DNA of 64,000 nt from Hydrolagus affinis (lineage: Eukaryota): positions 1 through 64,000 of the forward strand of contig JAAILG010000469.1 in the NCBI GenBank assembly GCA_012026655.1, read 5' to 3'. A model generated the notes under the pieces. It did not search any database and had not been told where the DNA came from. It saw nothing but the letters and a program-made list of their open reading frames with translations. Below are positions 62,237-64,000 of the stretch, one piece after another. The position numbers were made by a program, and so were the translations under genes. Position 1 is the stretch's first letter, and each line of letters starts with the position of its first letter.

Positions 62237-64000
62237 ACGTTATTGAACAGTACTGTATAAGGTTTATGTAGATTACAAGAAGGAACCATTTAACCAACTC
62301 TACAAAGCTTTGTGTGGTGTAGGGGTTGGAGAACTTAACACTCTCAACAGAACACCATATCCAGAGTTCGTTGAGGCTTAAAATTGGGTGTGAAGATCAG
62401 TTATCAACTTGAATTCCAAATGAAGCTGTGAAGTTGCCAAAGGGCCCCATTTATTGAACTGGTTGCTGAAACGACTGACTCTAATAAATGATAATAACAA
62501 TAATAATCTATAATACTGCAGTTAATATTGCAGTTAAGTGGGTGCTTGGATCTCTTACTTGGGTTCCGTGCCTCTGTTAATCAAGGAGCTGTTCTAGTGC
62601 AGCTGACTTCATTTAGTTTAAACCAAGTGCACTGTAGTTGCAAACATGGCAACTGAAGGAACAGCTGAACAGCTCACGAGTTATTCTATATATAGGTCAG
62701 GGTCCTAAGACATAGAGTAACAACTGTTTTTTTTCTAAAATAATATAGAATTATGTAAACACGCAGAAGGTTTTCTGGAATTTGTTTGGTGACAGTTCAC
62801 ACCAGAGCGACAAAAACAAACTGAAGCCAATGAAATACACTTTAATATTCCAGTCTTTTTTTGGTTCACATGAGAATTTCAGTGATCCATCACTTTATGC
62901 TGCTGTGGCTGAATTACTGTAAGTCACGAGATTTTGGCTGTGAGAGTGAATCTCGAGTCGAGAGTGCCGAGTTTCATGGGTAACAGTACTTTAGTGAAAC
63001 TTGTGAAGGTAATTCTGTGTGTTATTGAAAGGCTGAGAAGAGATTAGATTGTGTGTGTGTGTATATTCCCAACTATCAATACAATCCTAAACCACGAAGC
63101 AGTAATGCATGCTTTTGCATACAAACAAAGCCTTTCTTATGTTTTGTATAACATATGTGCCTCACTTCATTTTTTTGTTTGTGAAAAGTGGTGAGTGTCA
63201 CGTCTGACATGAAGAGGACAATGAGCTATAAAGGACACAGATGGTTCAACATCTCAATGGCTTTGTGATATGAAGACAGGAGAATAATCCACATGCTCTA
63301 AAATAAGTACAACCAGAATGCAAGGTTCATTTTAAGTGTCCAGTGAGACAGTAGCCGATGTCTCTCTCCTGAGTAATAATAATCTGGGTTTGTTGTTGAA
63401 CAAGATATAGTACTTCTTCTTTACAGGCAACACAAGCTTCAGATATTCTTTTGCCTCAACAACCTGCGAAAGTCTTTCTTCCTCCCTTTGATGAGATCAC
63501 TTTAAGGTCACCGGCCACTTCTGTGTTGCTGAGATCCCAGTTGTCATCTCTGAACTTCAACCAGCATTCTGCTGGCACTTAGGTCAGGTCCCAAAATAAA
63601 GCTGCTAATTTCAGTCACCGGCTCCTGCTAGAATCCACGTCAGGAGGGTGAAATGCTCACCCCTCCGCAATGATGTTCATGTCAGTGTTTCCAGATCAGT
63701 TTTGTGGAAACCCGGACCAAATCGGCAGTGCAGGACGATAGAGAAACCAGCAGTAGATCTGTAAGTCCATGTTTTTTTGGAGTTATGCGTTTGCCAGTTC
63801 ATCGTTAATGCTGATTGAATTGCTGTACCCATGAGGAAGGGTTGGGTTACTTAGCATGTAGCATTCCTCCCAGCTAGCTTGCAAACTGTTGGTTTGATCT
63901 GTTGGTATCTGTTTAAATAAATCATTTCTGCCTTGCTTGTCCAAGGAGAGGAAAGCAGGCAGAAAGAATTTCAGTTCTTTACACTTTAAAGCTATAATGT

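Noticed and set aside
48582-64000. Next AKAP6 coding exon (DICEDISDHVEQIHALL...)
   Set aside because: Not found; intron 2 apparently extends beyond the window

Overview
AT-rich vertebrate (not prokaryotic) DNA. The repeat content (tRNA-headed Deu-type SINEs, L2, CR1 and Penelope-like relics) points to a cartilaginous fish, possibly a holocephalan, which is an inference. On the + strand the window holds the last four coding exons and 3' UTR of ARHGAP5 (p190-B RhoGAP; 6467-6544, 9449-9580, 10862-10967, 14308-14629). About 12 kb further on come the promoter, non-coding exon 1 (ending 28372) and first coding exon (48227-48581) of AKAP6 (mAKAP alpha), the gene order known from other vertebrates. 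The rest is intronic or intergenic, with SINE/LINE fragments, MITEs and a probable solo LTR. Almost all ORFs in the supplied track are spurious. I found no novel protein-coding system. The best candidate for something undescribed is regulatory: AKAP6 exon 1 ends exactly in an ATG that opens an out-of-frame uORF overlapping the main start codon, and a candidate 117-nt cassette exon would terminate that uORF early. Also notable are an old SINE-like family carrying CTCF-like motifs, an RFX motif cluster and nested transposon insertions. Similarities to human genes and repeat families are recalled from memory, not computed.
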